Origin: Hormiphora californensis
Lineage: Eukaryota; Animalia; Ctenophora
DNA: 64,000 nt
NCBI GenBank assembly: GCA_020137815.1
Contig: CM035350.1
Location: forward strand, 6,882,001-6,946,000
Direction: 5' to 3'
Shown here piece after piece: positions 13,495 to 27,638 of this stretch. Position numbers and translations under genes: made by a program. The notes below the pieces were generated by a model that saw only the letters and a program-made list of their open reading frames with translations, did not search any database and was not told the DNA's origin. Position 1 is the stretch's first letter. Every line of letters begins with the position of its first letter.

Positions 13495-13890
13495 CTTATG
13501 TGGAAAATGGATAATGATGAAGCTCCAAATAAGATAGGGATCCGATTCTACCCATCAGAGCGTCTCGGAATTAGAGCTGTTCCTACCTCACCCACGAGTT
13601 CACAGACCTCGATAACAACTAATCAATACAACTCGTTTGCTGGACGGGCAACAAGGCTATGGAACACTCTGCCAAAGACGGTGAATTCAGCAAAAAGGCT
13701 AGAGAATTTCAAGGTTCTTCTCGGGGAGTGAATGAAACGTTTCCCGGATAGACCACCTGTCTCCGGATACAGCCGTCAAAACAACAATTCAATTCTGGAA
13801 TGGTCCCGTGGGACTGTTTGTGCGGGGGATGTTTGATTGGACTGACACCATTATATGTTGATATATGAAGTTGATTACAAAGTTACAAAG
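13495..13890 (+). mobile_element. 3' fragment of a CR1/L2-type non-LTR retrotransposon
   Basis: NSFAGRATRLWNTLP...ENFKVLLGE matches the SF...LWNxLP C-terminus of CR1/L2 ORF2; ends in ttacaaag repeats; homologous to 47831-48265. Confidence 0.7.
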
Positions 13891-14829
13891 TCTCCCCCCC
13901 CCCCGCCTCTGTTGTTCATCTGGTCCGACCCACTCCTCCCTCTTTCTCTTCAACTCTATTTCCGGCTCTTCTCATCTCACCCGCTGATTCCAACCCTCTT
14001 CCCTGGAGCCCTCGCTTTCACTATTTTCATCCACATTTCTCTCAGTCTATTCATCAGCCCTTCTCAGTCTCTTCATCAGCCCCCGACAGCCAGTGAGAGT
14101 CCCCCGATCCCCGGTACTCCGCCTCCCGCTCGTTGTCTTGCTACATCCCTTCCCTTCTCTATCGCTCTAGAGACCTCCTCCGTTTTTATCATCCCCCCCC
14201 CTTCAACCAGAGCCCAGCTGTGTTTGTGCCCACTTGGATCTTCATCTAGACCTACTTATTTAGAATCCCGGCCCAGCTCCGAGTCTTCTCCGTGACATTT
14301 CCCTCTCCTTCTGGCTCTCCAGCAGTCACTGCGGCAGCCGAGAACCCTGATCTAGCCCTTTCCCAGTCCCCATGTTTCCCTGCTCTTTCTCCACCTAATC
14401 TTTACCTACTTATCTTTTTGTATCTTGTCTCTCTCCCGGTATGGTCATATTCATTTTCTAAATCACACTTCTCTCTCAACCAACCCGCCTTGTTCACATT
14501 TTGGATCACAATCTTCACTAACAGGAAAAACACAGTTTAGAAGATTAGATCGGTACAGGTTGGCACAATCCAACATCAGGTGTAGGAATTAGGACTTAGG
14601 AGCCGCTGCTCCAGGCCACTGCTCCTACCAGCACTGGTATTTAAGAGGAAAAGCTCGGAGTTGCCTAACAACTCCCACGCGAAGCACGGCAAAACAACGA
14701 GAGAGAGGTGACTGCACCACCAACGAAGTTGCCTGGCTAGGGAACCCTTTTTCGTAGGACTAGAAGCAGACCCTATCCTTACCCTACCCAACTACTTTTA
14801 GCGAACAATTCACATGTACTAATAGCACA

Positions 14830-17800
14830 ATGGAAACAATAGAGATCACGGATATGGATCGAGTGTTTAATTGGTACGATGAAGATTTGACTGGCGAGAT
14901 AGATGTGACAACACTGAAATCCCTCTATGAAGAACTTCGACATCCGGGAATCCGTTTGGCGCAGGTCAGCTTTATGAGCAAATATATTGAACATGTGAGA
15001 CTTGGTTTTAGTGGGCATTTTTATGAAATAAGTTACTTCAAAAAAACTCTAACTCTTTAGGTCAAAGCAGGACTTGAAGCGCTCTACGGAGAGGGTATGG
15101 GAGACGTGCTGGAGAAAGATGACCTACCAGAGGCTCTCTCTGAGTTAGATAGAAGATTCTTTCTCCTTCAGGTCAGTTCTAATCTTTTCATGACAATGGT
15201 TTGTAAGGGGACATGTTTCTCCCTATTCTCCCCTAACCCCTTTTCTGTATTATCTTCGTCATCCTTTGAGTGCCTCACTGTAAGGGGTTTATAGTACTCT
15301 ACCAGCCTATTATTTCATGCATCCAATGTGAATATAAGGCATTCTACAACAAATAAACATACCCTCTTCAGGATCTTATTTGGGAGTTTAAAGTCCTGGC
15401 AGGCGGTGGAATAGAGATATCCGAACAAGATGCAAGGTGCGTTAAAGAAATAAGAGGGGGGGAGTATTCATTCCGGATACAGAGATCACGACATCATCAT
15501 TATTTACAAAGAAGTATCTAGTAACGAAGGCAAGAGACAAAAACTGGAATGTCTCACATCCTTGCATTTCCCTCCTACAAATACATCACGCACGACAATC
15601 TCTCATTATATCGTGAGAGATCATCACGCCCTCAATCGTACCATAGATTACACATGATCAGTGATTAAATCACAAGGGGTTTAATACTTGAAGTCTTACT
15701 TCGTTGGAAAACAAAACATATCGATTGTAGATTTTAGTTTCATTCTATCATATTTGATATTTAGGTATTTGTTTGAAATCACGCACGAGGACGCCTTCTC
15801 CGCATCCAAGTTTGAGAAATGGCGACAATCGAGGATATTCAGGGGGTGCGGGGTGAAGTTTACCGAGATTGATGTTCCTCTCTGTAATAAACCTACTGCG
15901 GATGAAGTTATAGCTGAGCTACCTGTGCTACCCCGGGAAAGTGTGTACAATGATGCTGCGCAGTAGCGCGCGCAAACCTTGATGTGGTGAAAGTGCAAAT
16001 TGTCATCATTGTGAATAACGGAATACTGAAACCCTAGATGGGTTTGTTAGTGTAGGAGGAAGGAATTGATCCAAAGTTGTTTCAGTGACTGAGGCGGGAT
16101 TGACAAGAAGTGCGACAACAGTGGTAACTGACAAGACTAGGAGCGTCGAGAAGAGGAAGAAAATAGAGAAGTTGAGCTACCTTCGAAAGCTGGAGGAGAC
16201 GAAAGCGAAGCGTCTCCTGAATTTGAAGCAGCGGAAAGATATTAAGGTAAAGCTAGCTGGCGGTATATATTGTATGATTCATGTATGCTAAATCCAGATT
16301 CTAACAGCGCTCTGCTGAAGAGAAGAAGTCCGAAGATGAGATAAATAAGCAGAGAGACTGCTGAAGAAGAGAAAAGGCGTGCCGCTGAGGAGGCTAGACG
16401 TGCTGCTGAGGAGGCTAGACGTGCTGCTGAGAGAGAGAAACTTGAGAGGCTCCAAAAGGTCAGGTTTCCTAGAAGGATGCATTCGGGAGCAACATTTCTC
16501 CACGTAGTCGGTTTCCGCCTACGGCATTGCAAAGTTGCCATAGTGCGCGGGACGGCGAGCTTCTAGAATCGAACAATACCTTAGGTGATGTACTCCATTT
16601 GATAGTGTGCGCGCGTTTTTGCTAGTCGTTGGTGATATTTGCGGAACCGTCCCACTAAGAATTGGAACGTTGCAGGAAGCTGCAGAGAGGGACAAGGCTG
16701 ATGAAGACGGAGAGGAAGAGATTGGATGAGGAAGCAGAGACAAAAGCAAGGTACTAAGTTAGGGATAGGTGTAATAAGCCACCCTCGGTCTATTATTCAT
16801 AGTGTAGCATGTTCCTAAATGATCGGGGATGTACGTGCACTATGATGGGGTGTATAAAATATTAATTTTTCAGAAGCGATCAGAAAGCTCTAGATGACGC
16901 ATGAGGCTGAGAAACGTAGGGAAGAGGAGAAACGAAGAAAGGAAGAGGCAGGATGTAAAGAGGAGGAAAGAGGAAGAAGAAGCAGCTGCACGTGCAGCCA
17001 AGTTGGCTGAGGAGGAAGCCAGGAAGCGGAAGGAGAAGTCTGAAAGGGATCTGGAGGAGAGTAAGGGAGAGGAAGAGGCAGCTCGAGAGAGGATGAAGGC
17101 TGCAGAGGAAGCACTCAAGGCAGCAAAATCAGCCAGTAAGGGAAACACACTTCATATCTCCCGGCCTAGTGTCTTCATTAATCTAGCTTGCCCCAATTAA
17201 AAACCATGTTTTCTCATTTAGACGATGCAGCTGCGATTCGAGGAAGCTCAGAGGGCAAAGAGAGAGGAGGATGAGAAAGCGAAGACTCTGATGATGAAGA
17301 AAAGGATAGCTGAGGCTATTCAAGCCCGCAGTAGGACAATGCTAGAAGACGTGATAGGAGAGTGCAAGAAAAAGAAGGTATTAAAGTCCAATTTTTTATT
17401 TAAGCGACAGGCCGCCGCGCATCAAAATGCAGCGCTTGAAATCGATTTCCGGTTCCTGATATGCTAGCGACTTTTTCTTGGAGCCATTGGAAAGATAAAA
17501 TTTTTATCTTTCCAACGCAACCAGGATCAAGTCTTTATCTTATCAGGAACCGGAGATATGACCAATTAACTAATTGAGTGCGCGGCGGCCTGTCGCTTAA
17601 ATAAAAAATTCGACTTTATGAGAGGAGATAGCCATTAGAACTCCCCAGTTCACCTACTTCACAGATAACCCAACTCCAGCTCACAGACCCCCCTACCTCA
17701 CAGATAACTCCAGCTCACAGACCCCCCTACCTCACAGATAACTCCAGCTCACAGACCCCCCCTCCCTATAGATCACAGGATGTGATGAACAGCTAAAGGA

Positions 17801-20800
17801 AGCTGGTGAACTTTTGAACATCCTGAACTTACAACAGAGACTAGAAGATGCATGCATGAGTCGATCTATAGATGACCTCGAGTCAGCCATTGAGGCAGTT
17901 AGATCGGGTAAGTCATATCCTTCTACTTCATATCACCCATCCATTGACTTAACCCCTCCCAATGTTGTCCCAATATTACTAATATTGTTACTACAGTCGT
18001 TGGTGGCCGGAAACGAAGGAAGGGTGAGATATCTGTGTTCGGTACTACAACCATCTGATTATAATTTGTGTCTAGGATATGATTTTACTGAAACAAAAAC
18101 TATTCTAAAATCTCTCCCCGATAAACTATCTTTCTTGACATGCTCTCTCCCTTCTTTTATTTTAAATCTACTACTATTTCCTCTCCCTTCGTTTATTTGC
18201 TACTATTCCTACTGCTTATCGACACTACTCTTCCTACAGCTGGATTTGAGAAGGACCTAGCCCTGGAGGTAGTTGAAGCAGAGAAACTGTTGGAGAAACT
18301 GAAACGGTTAGCCTTTTTGAAGCGCCAGGTAATGGAGTTGAAACAACAAACTATCGCTGAGCTAAAGAGCTACTCAAAGCCGCCCGCTACTGTGAAGTTT
18401 GTAATGACAGCTACATTCCTAATCCTGGGCCATACTGGGAAGGAACTGCAGAAATGGCCCCAACTGGTCATATTGATGGGTAAAACGGGCAAGGATAGCT
18501 TGAAAAGGAGGGTGCAGAGTTTTGAGCCAGACACAATGCCATGGGATGTTGCTACTACGTGTAAAGATATTTTAATGGGTATGGACACGGGATCGGTAGC
18601 CGATGTTAGTGCTGGTGCTGCCGCTTTTTATGTTTGGGTGAGTGTCTTTACAGCGCTGTTTTTGTTACATACTAGAGTGATTCATAATGATTTTCGCTAG
18701 CTATTTTTTCGGGGTTTCGTTCATTGGAGCCCTAAAATTTTTACAGGAACTTGTTCGGCACGAAATTTTGATCTCACAACACCATTTTTAGGGACCAGTC
18801 TATTTTTCTTCCAAAGGCTATAGCCCGTTTTCTAGTGGTTGGCCACTATGCCGTCTCCCGTATCAAAATATGGTCAAAATGCAAGTAAAATTTTTGAGAA
18901 ATAGCCGTTTTCACATATAAAGTAGTTCATTCTATCAGTTGTTATCGGAAACAATCCATTTTGAGCCGAAAAAGTTGCTGGATTGGAGTAGGGGGCCGAA
19001 AATCGCCAGAAAAGTGGCACAAAATGTGATTTCAAATCACCTGTTTTCGGGCAACATTTTTGATCTTCAATTTTAGGCCTTCTAAGAGATCCAAAACCGC
19101 CAAATAACTTAAGGATCATGTAGAACTAAGTTTGATTTACAATTTAAGCTTTCAATCTTGGCAAAAGACCAACCAGGTCCGTGGTGACAGCCTTTCAAAG
19201 TGAAAAAAATGGGTTTTTGACCAATTTCTAAAAATAGCCCACAAAATAAAATGTGAAAATCGGATTTAGATTTAATTTTTACACAAATGTCCCAAAAAGA
19301 TGTCTCTCTTTCCCTATAAAAAGTCCCGGATCCATTGGAATCAATTTACGGCCTCTACAGGGCTAAAACCAAGGACTGAAATTTGGGTTGTGAGACCGGA
19401 ACAAAACTGAACTTCATAAATAGTCCGCCAACGGTAAAATTTTGTCATTGAAAACTTTAAACATGGTCTTAGGGTGAACAAATAGTCCAAACTAAAAGAT
19501 CCTGTAGAAATTGGCAGGTGAGTAGAACTTCGCTCCTAATAAAAGGCTGCAATAAAAGGCTGCAGAAAAAGGCTGCAGAAAAAGGCTGCAGTAAAAGGCT
19601 GCAGTAAAAGGCTGCAGAAAAAGGCTGCAGAAAAAGGCTGCAGTAAAAGGCTGCAGAAAAAGGCTGCAGAAAAAGGCTGCAGTAAAAGGCTGTAATAAAA
19701 GGCTGCAAGGGATCACGTATCCAACCAGACTAAAGCGTGGGATAGACCGAATCGTCTTCCCCTAATAGTGTTTCGTATCACGTATCGGCTGTAAAGAGAC
19801 CGAATCACCCTCCCCTAATTATAGTGATTCGTGTCACGTATCCAACTAGACCATAGGCGATAGAGAGACCGAGATAGAGAGCGAGTACGAGTGAGAACTG
19901 AATGAGTGAAAAATCAGAATCACGGTATGGTATCACGACTCACGTACCATGGTATCCTCTAATGAAAAGCGGTTACCAATTGACAATGAGACCTCATCGG
20001 TCCCGATACGTGATTCTCTACCGCTATCCCACCGCTATGTATTCTCCATTAGTCTTTCCGTATCGATCCACGATTCAGTAGAGGTAGTCAGTAACTACTG
20101 AGAGTGTTGGTCTAATGAGGTAGAAAACGGCCGAAATCTCGAGTTCGCTTTTCGTGATTTTAGCACTAGAGTCCGCTTACCGATCTATTGATTGAGCGTG
20201 TAGCACAATGAGTGCTACACGCACTCACAATATGACAGGTGAACCACCCAACCACTTGGTTCACCTATCATAGTTTCTACCTCATTAGACCAACACTTTC
20301 AGTAGTTACTGACTACCTCTACTGAATCGTGGATCGATACGGAAAGACTAATGGAGAATACATAGCGGTGGGATAGCGGTAGAGAATCACGTATCGGCCA
20401 TCGGGACCGATGGGGTCTCATTGTCAATTGGTAACCGCTTTTCATGGTACGTGATACCATACCGTGATTCTGATTTTTCACTCTCTCAGTTCTCACTCGT
20501 ACTCGCTCTCTATCTCGGTCTCTCTATCGCCTATGGTCTAGTTGGATACGTGACACGAATCACTATAATTAGGGGAGGGTGATTCGGTCTCTTTACAGCC
20601 GATACGTGATACGAAACACTATTAGGGGAGGACGATTCGGTCTATCCCACGCTTTAGTCTGGTTGGATACGTGATCCCTTGCAGCCTTTTACTGCAGCCT
20701 TTTTCTGCAGCCTTTTTCTGCAGCCTTTTATTGCAGCCTTTTACTGCAGCCTTTTACTGCAGCCTTTTTCTGCAGCCTTTTATTGCAGCCTTTTATTGCA

Positions 20801-21412
20801 GCCTTTTATTAGGAGCGAAGTTCTACTCACCTGCCTAGAAATTTTTGGTCTCTATCATCACTAGCAATCAGGGAGTACCTAGCGAAAATCATTATGAATC
20901 ACCCTAATATTATATTCTAACAGGGTAGAGCAAGGGAACGCTGTTCAGCATAACAGAGCATTTCCAATATAAATTCTAATTCTAAATTCTCTCCACTTCT
21001 CAGTGTGAAGGAATGGTTGAGGAGAGGCTCTCCCTGCCCGAAGTTATCACCCAAGAGATCAAGGAGACACGCAGGAGATCCATCTCAAGGGAAGACCAGA
21101 ACAAGAAGTATACAAAAGGAAGGACTGTAGAGGTCTTGTCAAGACGGTCCCGGTCGCGTGACGTCATTGATGTTCCGGCAACGTCAAGGAAACCAGCTGC
21201 CGGAGAAAGGTGAGAGAGAGGAGAAAGGTGAGAGAGAGGAGAGGGAGGCGAGATAGAGGGAGGGGAGAGAGAGATGAATAGTAGGTAACATGGTTCTTGT
21301 TCTCTCTACTAAAATACATGTATCCATTTTCAGATCCCAAAGTCGAGGGAAAACACCGGCTGGGGGCGGATCAAAGAGCAAGAGTCCCGCAGCAAGAAGG
21401 GGACGAAGATAG
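14830..21412 (+). CDS. Multi-exon protein: N-terminal EF-hand, long E/K/R coiled coil, C-terminal dynein-stalk MTBD-like domain, basic tail
   Basis: Exon 1 14830-14964 has the EF-hand loop DEDLTGEIDVTTL. GT-AG exons follow at 15061, 15372, ~15766, ~16086, ~16873, ~17222, ~17772, 18240-18637, 21004-21209 and 21334-21412 (stop TAG). Some internal boundaries are approximate. Confidence 0.75.
17385..17615. mobile_element. Kolobok-like MITE in an intron
   Basis: ~37-bp TIR AGTCCAATTTTTTATTTAAGCGACAGGCCGCCGCGCA / TGCGCGGCGGCCTGTCGCTTAAATAAAAAATTCGACT; flanked by TTAA (left) and TTAT (right). Confidence 0.75.
17660..17765 (+). repeat. Intronic tandem repeat, ~33 bp x3
   Basis: Unit CACAGATAACTCCAGCTCACAGACCCCCTACCT directly before a splice acceptor. 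Confidence 0.8.
18673..20906. mobile_element. hAT-like non-autonomous element in an intron, host of a nested foldback element
   Basis: 28-bp TIR TAGAGTGATTCATAATGATTTTCGCTAG / CTAGCGAAAATCATTATGAATCACCCTA (1 mismatch); no TSD evident. Confidence 0.7.
19513..20835. mobile_element. Foldback-type DNA transposon with ~560-610 bp inverted arms
   Basis: Ends GGCAGGTGAGTAGAACTTCG / CGAAGTTCTACTCACCTGCC; 8-bp TSD TAGAAATT (19505-19512 and 20836-20843). Arms ~19513-20126 and ~20274-20835 each carry a 13-bp tandem AAAAGGCTGCAG(T/A) array. Confidence 0.9.
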
Positions 21413-21738
21413 AAGGACATTTTGACGTAGTAATAATGAACTGACACATTTTTAGTATTTTTAATGATTCCGTGCATTTTATGACAGGAGTGTAGAGTTT
21501 TGATGTATAAAACCTATCCGTTTACAAATGAGATGAGTCTAGAATTTTGTTGGGGTTGGGAAGGGCAAGGTACATCGATAGTACAAACATCTCTCTACAA
21601 TAACTTAGACTTGGCATAACACACACACATGTTCTTGACACACCACTTTCTCTCTCAACAAATCATATATAATAAAAATTACAAAAAACTCCATCATTTA
21701 GGGGAAGGGGAGTCATCTTTCTTATTGTGAAGAATTGT

Positions 21739-23897
<2,159 letters not shown>

Positions 23898-24121
23898 CGC
23901 TAAAACAATAACGGTTAGAATCAGTGACGGTCGTTTCATTATCAAGAAGGCGAATAAAAAAGGGAGATTTTGCGAGTCATATAAATCGTTGAAAGAATAG
24001 ATAAACTGGTATTGGTAAAACACACACATTTAGATAAAAGGCCCTCACAGAGGGTAACAAAATACGTCCCAACTCCCTCTCTGAACCACAAAACCCGTTC
24101 CCCGTGTAGACAGTCTTTCTG

Positions 24122-27100
24122 TTATCTCTCTAACTCTGCCTTTGCTTTGCCCCTCTGTTTGGGCATCTTCTTTTCTTCAATGTCTTTCTCCTTGTAATAA
24201 TGCGGTGCCACTTCCACCAACCACTTACTCTCTATCTCTATCACCTGGCGGGAAGAAGTTGGTTAGAAAAACACAACAAAATGATAAAAAACAAGAACTT
24301 TGATTAACTAGTAAGAACTAAATCTGAAAGAAAACTGTGGCTCAAGAAACTGTGTTTTACCTGTCTCATGTACTCCTTCGAGGTTTGAACTAGCTCATGG
24401 TAGATCACCCACTTGGGTTGTTCCTCAAACAAACTCGAATTAGGGTGAATGTGCACACTTTGCTGATGTTTCACTGTCTTGTAGAGACCGTTAGCCGTTA
24501 ATCGGGACGTGTGATAGAAGTAACCAGAGGTAACTGCTTTCCTGATGTTGATATGATCCATGGGATTGGAGAGAAGGTCAATCTCCGTTCTCTCCAGGAG
24601 ACCCTGTAGCTGGTCCCGAATTGCACGGGCCCGTTTCATGGAGCGATGTTGGACAAAGTTCTCGAAACACCACTGAACAGAGTAATCAGTAGCAGCCCAC
24701 TGATCATACACATTTAGTAGGGTCAGGTGATCTCCACCAGGGAAGAAGAAGTTAGTTCGGGCATTGTCCGCGTGTACCAGCTGCTCCTTGGGACGGTAAA
24801 ACACAGCACTATTGACACCCAGCATAGCAGCAATAGTAGTAATCTCCTCTACCACACCATACTTCTCACTAGCTATCAGAGTTTTAGCCATCATAGGGTC
24901 AAGAGGGAACTCTGCCATTTTCCTACCAGTCAGCGTGAGATCCCCCTTGTGGTTGAGGGCACCAAGAGCGTACAGCTGCTCAAGAGAGACAATCAACGTT
25001 TCAGCAGGGGGCGGGTCCATGAAATCAAAGTTCAGAAGATCGTTAATTCCCAAACTTTTCAGCATGAGCACCACGTTACCGAGGTTTGTCCTCTGAATTT
25101 CAGGAACAGGCGAGGCTTCCAACTCGTTTTGGTAGGACCAGTTTGTGTAGAGACGGAAACATTTCCCAGCACTAACCCTCCCCGCTCTCCCTGCCCTCTG
25201 ATCGGCTGATGCACGAGAAATGGGTACAACTGTTAGAGCCTCCATACTTGTTCGTGGATTGTAGCTCTTCTGTTTACAGTAACCCGGATCAATAACGTAC
25301 ACAATACCATCGATGGTGAGAGAAGTCTCTGCAATGTTAGTACCGAGAATTACTTTGCGGCCACCAGGTGGTGTGGGCTCGAAAATCTTTGCCTGCATGT
25401 CTGATGGAAGATTTGCATAAATCGGTAAGATAACAAGTTCCTTGATTTTACTGCCCAACCTCCGGACCTTATCTTGGAGGATTTCCTGAGCGGTTTCAAT
25501 TTCCTCTTGGCCAGACAAAACACAAGGATATCCCCAGGTCCCTGAGTTAGATGAATCTGAAGGATGGACACAACTGACGCCTGAAGATAGTCAGCCTCTG
25601 GAGCTTTGGTATAGTAAATCTCCACCGGGTATCGCCGACCTGGAATCCTGAAAATTGGAGCATCATCGAAAAAACCGGAGAACTTGCCCGCGTCCAGTGT
25701 GGCACTAGAAATGAGAAGTTTGAGATCAGGCCTAAACCGGGCAATATCCTTGACCAGGCCAAACAGGACATCAGTGTGAAGGGTCCGCTCGTGAGCCTCA
25801 TCAATAATCATAACCGAGTAGGAAGCTAAATCTGGTTCACCTAGGAAGTCTCTGAGTAACATTCCATCGGTCATGTACCGGACCTTGGTACGGTCCGAGG
25901 TACAATCCTCAAAACGAATGGAGTATCCCACCTCGTTTCCCAGTTTCACGTCCATTTCCTCGGCTACACGTGCTGCTACGCTCATTGCAGCAACTCGACG
26001 GGGCTGGGTACACCCAATTTTGAGGTCACCCTCACAGTATCCTGCATGGTAAAGATACTGGGGGATCTGGGTGGTTTTACCTGACCCAGTTTCTCCCTCA
26101 ATAATCAGAACTTGGTGCTCCTTGACCGCAGCAAGCAATGCTTCCTTGTACTGATAAATAGGAAGGGACTCCTGACACTCCTTTATAGTCTGTTTCTTCC
26201 TCTCAGCCGCAGTGACAGATGGATCAGCTTCATTAGTTCCCTTGATGGTATCCGCGAGAATGAAATCTACAGCATCATCAACAAGAAAATCGTACTCCTT
26301 CTGCTCCTTCTTTCCTTTCTTCGCACCAAACTTCAGCTCTGCTTTGTTTAGCTGATCCTGTTCCCAACGCTTTATTTCTGATTTCGGTCCAAGTTCCTGC
26401 CCGTCTTTCTCATCTGGATCGTTGTAGTATTGGAAGGTATCATGCTCTGTCAGCATGTGATACCGCTGCACTTTTTCCACATCACCAGCTTTGTTGTACC
26501 TTTTAGCGAGATCCAGCAGCTGCTTCTTTCTTTCGAGCTCCTTTTTCTCCTTTTCAGAAACCACAACATCTTTGAAGAGGTACTCCTCGTCTCTGATATC
26601 GTCCTCTAATTCTTCCAACTTCATTTCTTTTCGCTTCTTGGCGTAATCCCGTCTGCTCTGCTTCCGGAGATCGGGGATTAACTTCCGCTTCTCCTCCTCG
26701 CTCATTTGGAGAGTTTTACTGGCATTTCGGTACTTGTCTGAGTCTTCAACGATGTTCCGGGTGTCATCCTTATCTCTCTTTTTCAACCTCTCCACGAACT
26801 CATCTCGACTCTGCTTATCCTTCAACCGATCCTTCTCAGCCTCTTCCCACTCATCGACATCGACCACAGCAGACTTATCGCGTTTCTTCTTGCTGCTGCT
26901 ACTCTTGTCTTTTCGACGAACTACGACAGTTTCATCATCAGATTCAGGATCACGGTGTTTAGATTTCTTTTTCGTCTTTTCCTTAGCAGGCTCGGGTATA
27001 AATTGATAGGACTTGTTTTTCCGTTCTGCCTCTTTTGCCGCTCGAAGCTGAAGATCCTTGCTATTTACCACCGCTTTTTCCTGTCGTGGAAACTTGCTGT

Positions 27101-27290
27101 AGAGCTCGGAGGCAAAGCCATTGAGCTTCGTAGAGCTTGGGAGGTCTGCAGTTTTCTGTAGATCGTAAACTAGACCGTTGACAGATTTGGCTTTCTTCGC
27201 TAAGTCAATGATAAACTCCGTAAGAAGTCCATCAGACAGTCCAATAATTGAGTGAAGTTCATCATCTACCCATTGCTTGATATTAGACAT
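24122..27290 (-). CDS. DHX16: DEAH-box splicing helicase DHX16 (Prp2)
   Basis: [64 protein letters not shown] and the DHX16-type N-terminus ([11 protein letters not shown]). One intron 24245-24360. A 1-bp frameshift near 25517 splits the two listed ORFs. Confidence 0.94.
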
Positions 27291-27521
27291 TGCTTGTGTT
27301 AGAAGAGGAAGGGTAAAAGAGGGTAGGGAATGGTTTGGGGGACGGTACAGACAAGAGAGGAACGTGGCGTTCAGCCGCAGAAGTGAGCTGGTGACGAAAT
27401 TTTAAGATTTGTAAATTATCGCGATCGCGAGATTTACGTCGGCGCCGCGCATCAAATCAATGAATTTGCAACGCGCCGCAATGTTCATTCTGAAACTTCG
27501 CGCGCTACAATGAATCGTTAA

Positions 27522-27638
27522 AGTCCGTTTCAAGCGACTTGACCCGTAATTCTTGGAATTTGGCGCATTGCGCGTGTATTTACAAAGGGGAAATCCTAAA
27601 TTTCCAGGAATCTCAGGTCAAGTCGTTTGAAACGCACT
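27522..27638. mobile_element. Kolobok-like miniature inverted-repeat element upstream of DHX16
   Basis: ~40-bp imperfect TIR AGTCCGTTTCAAGCGACTTGACC... / ...GGTCAAGTCGTTTGAAACGCACT, flanked by TTAA at 27518-27521 and 27639-27642. Confidence 0.75.

Noticed and set aside
19540-19710. 13-bp repeat array as CRISPR, or its LQPFSAAF ORFs as proteins
   Set aside because: No unique spacers, eukaryotic context, and the array lies within transposon arms.
24727-25209. Plus-strand ORFs antisense to DHX16 (similar ones lie opposite ATP5F1B and anoctamin)
   Set aside because: Shadow ORFs opposite conserved coding sequence with no independent motifs.
25510-25525. DHX16 split into two ORFs (programmed frameshift or pseudogene)
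   Set aside because: One missing T in a short run restores [13 protein letters not shown]. Similar single-base slips occur in ATP5F1B and the SLC25 carrier, so consensus error is more likely.
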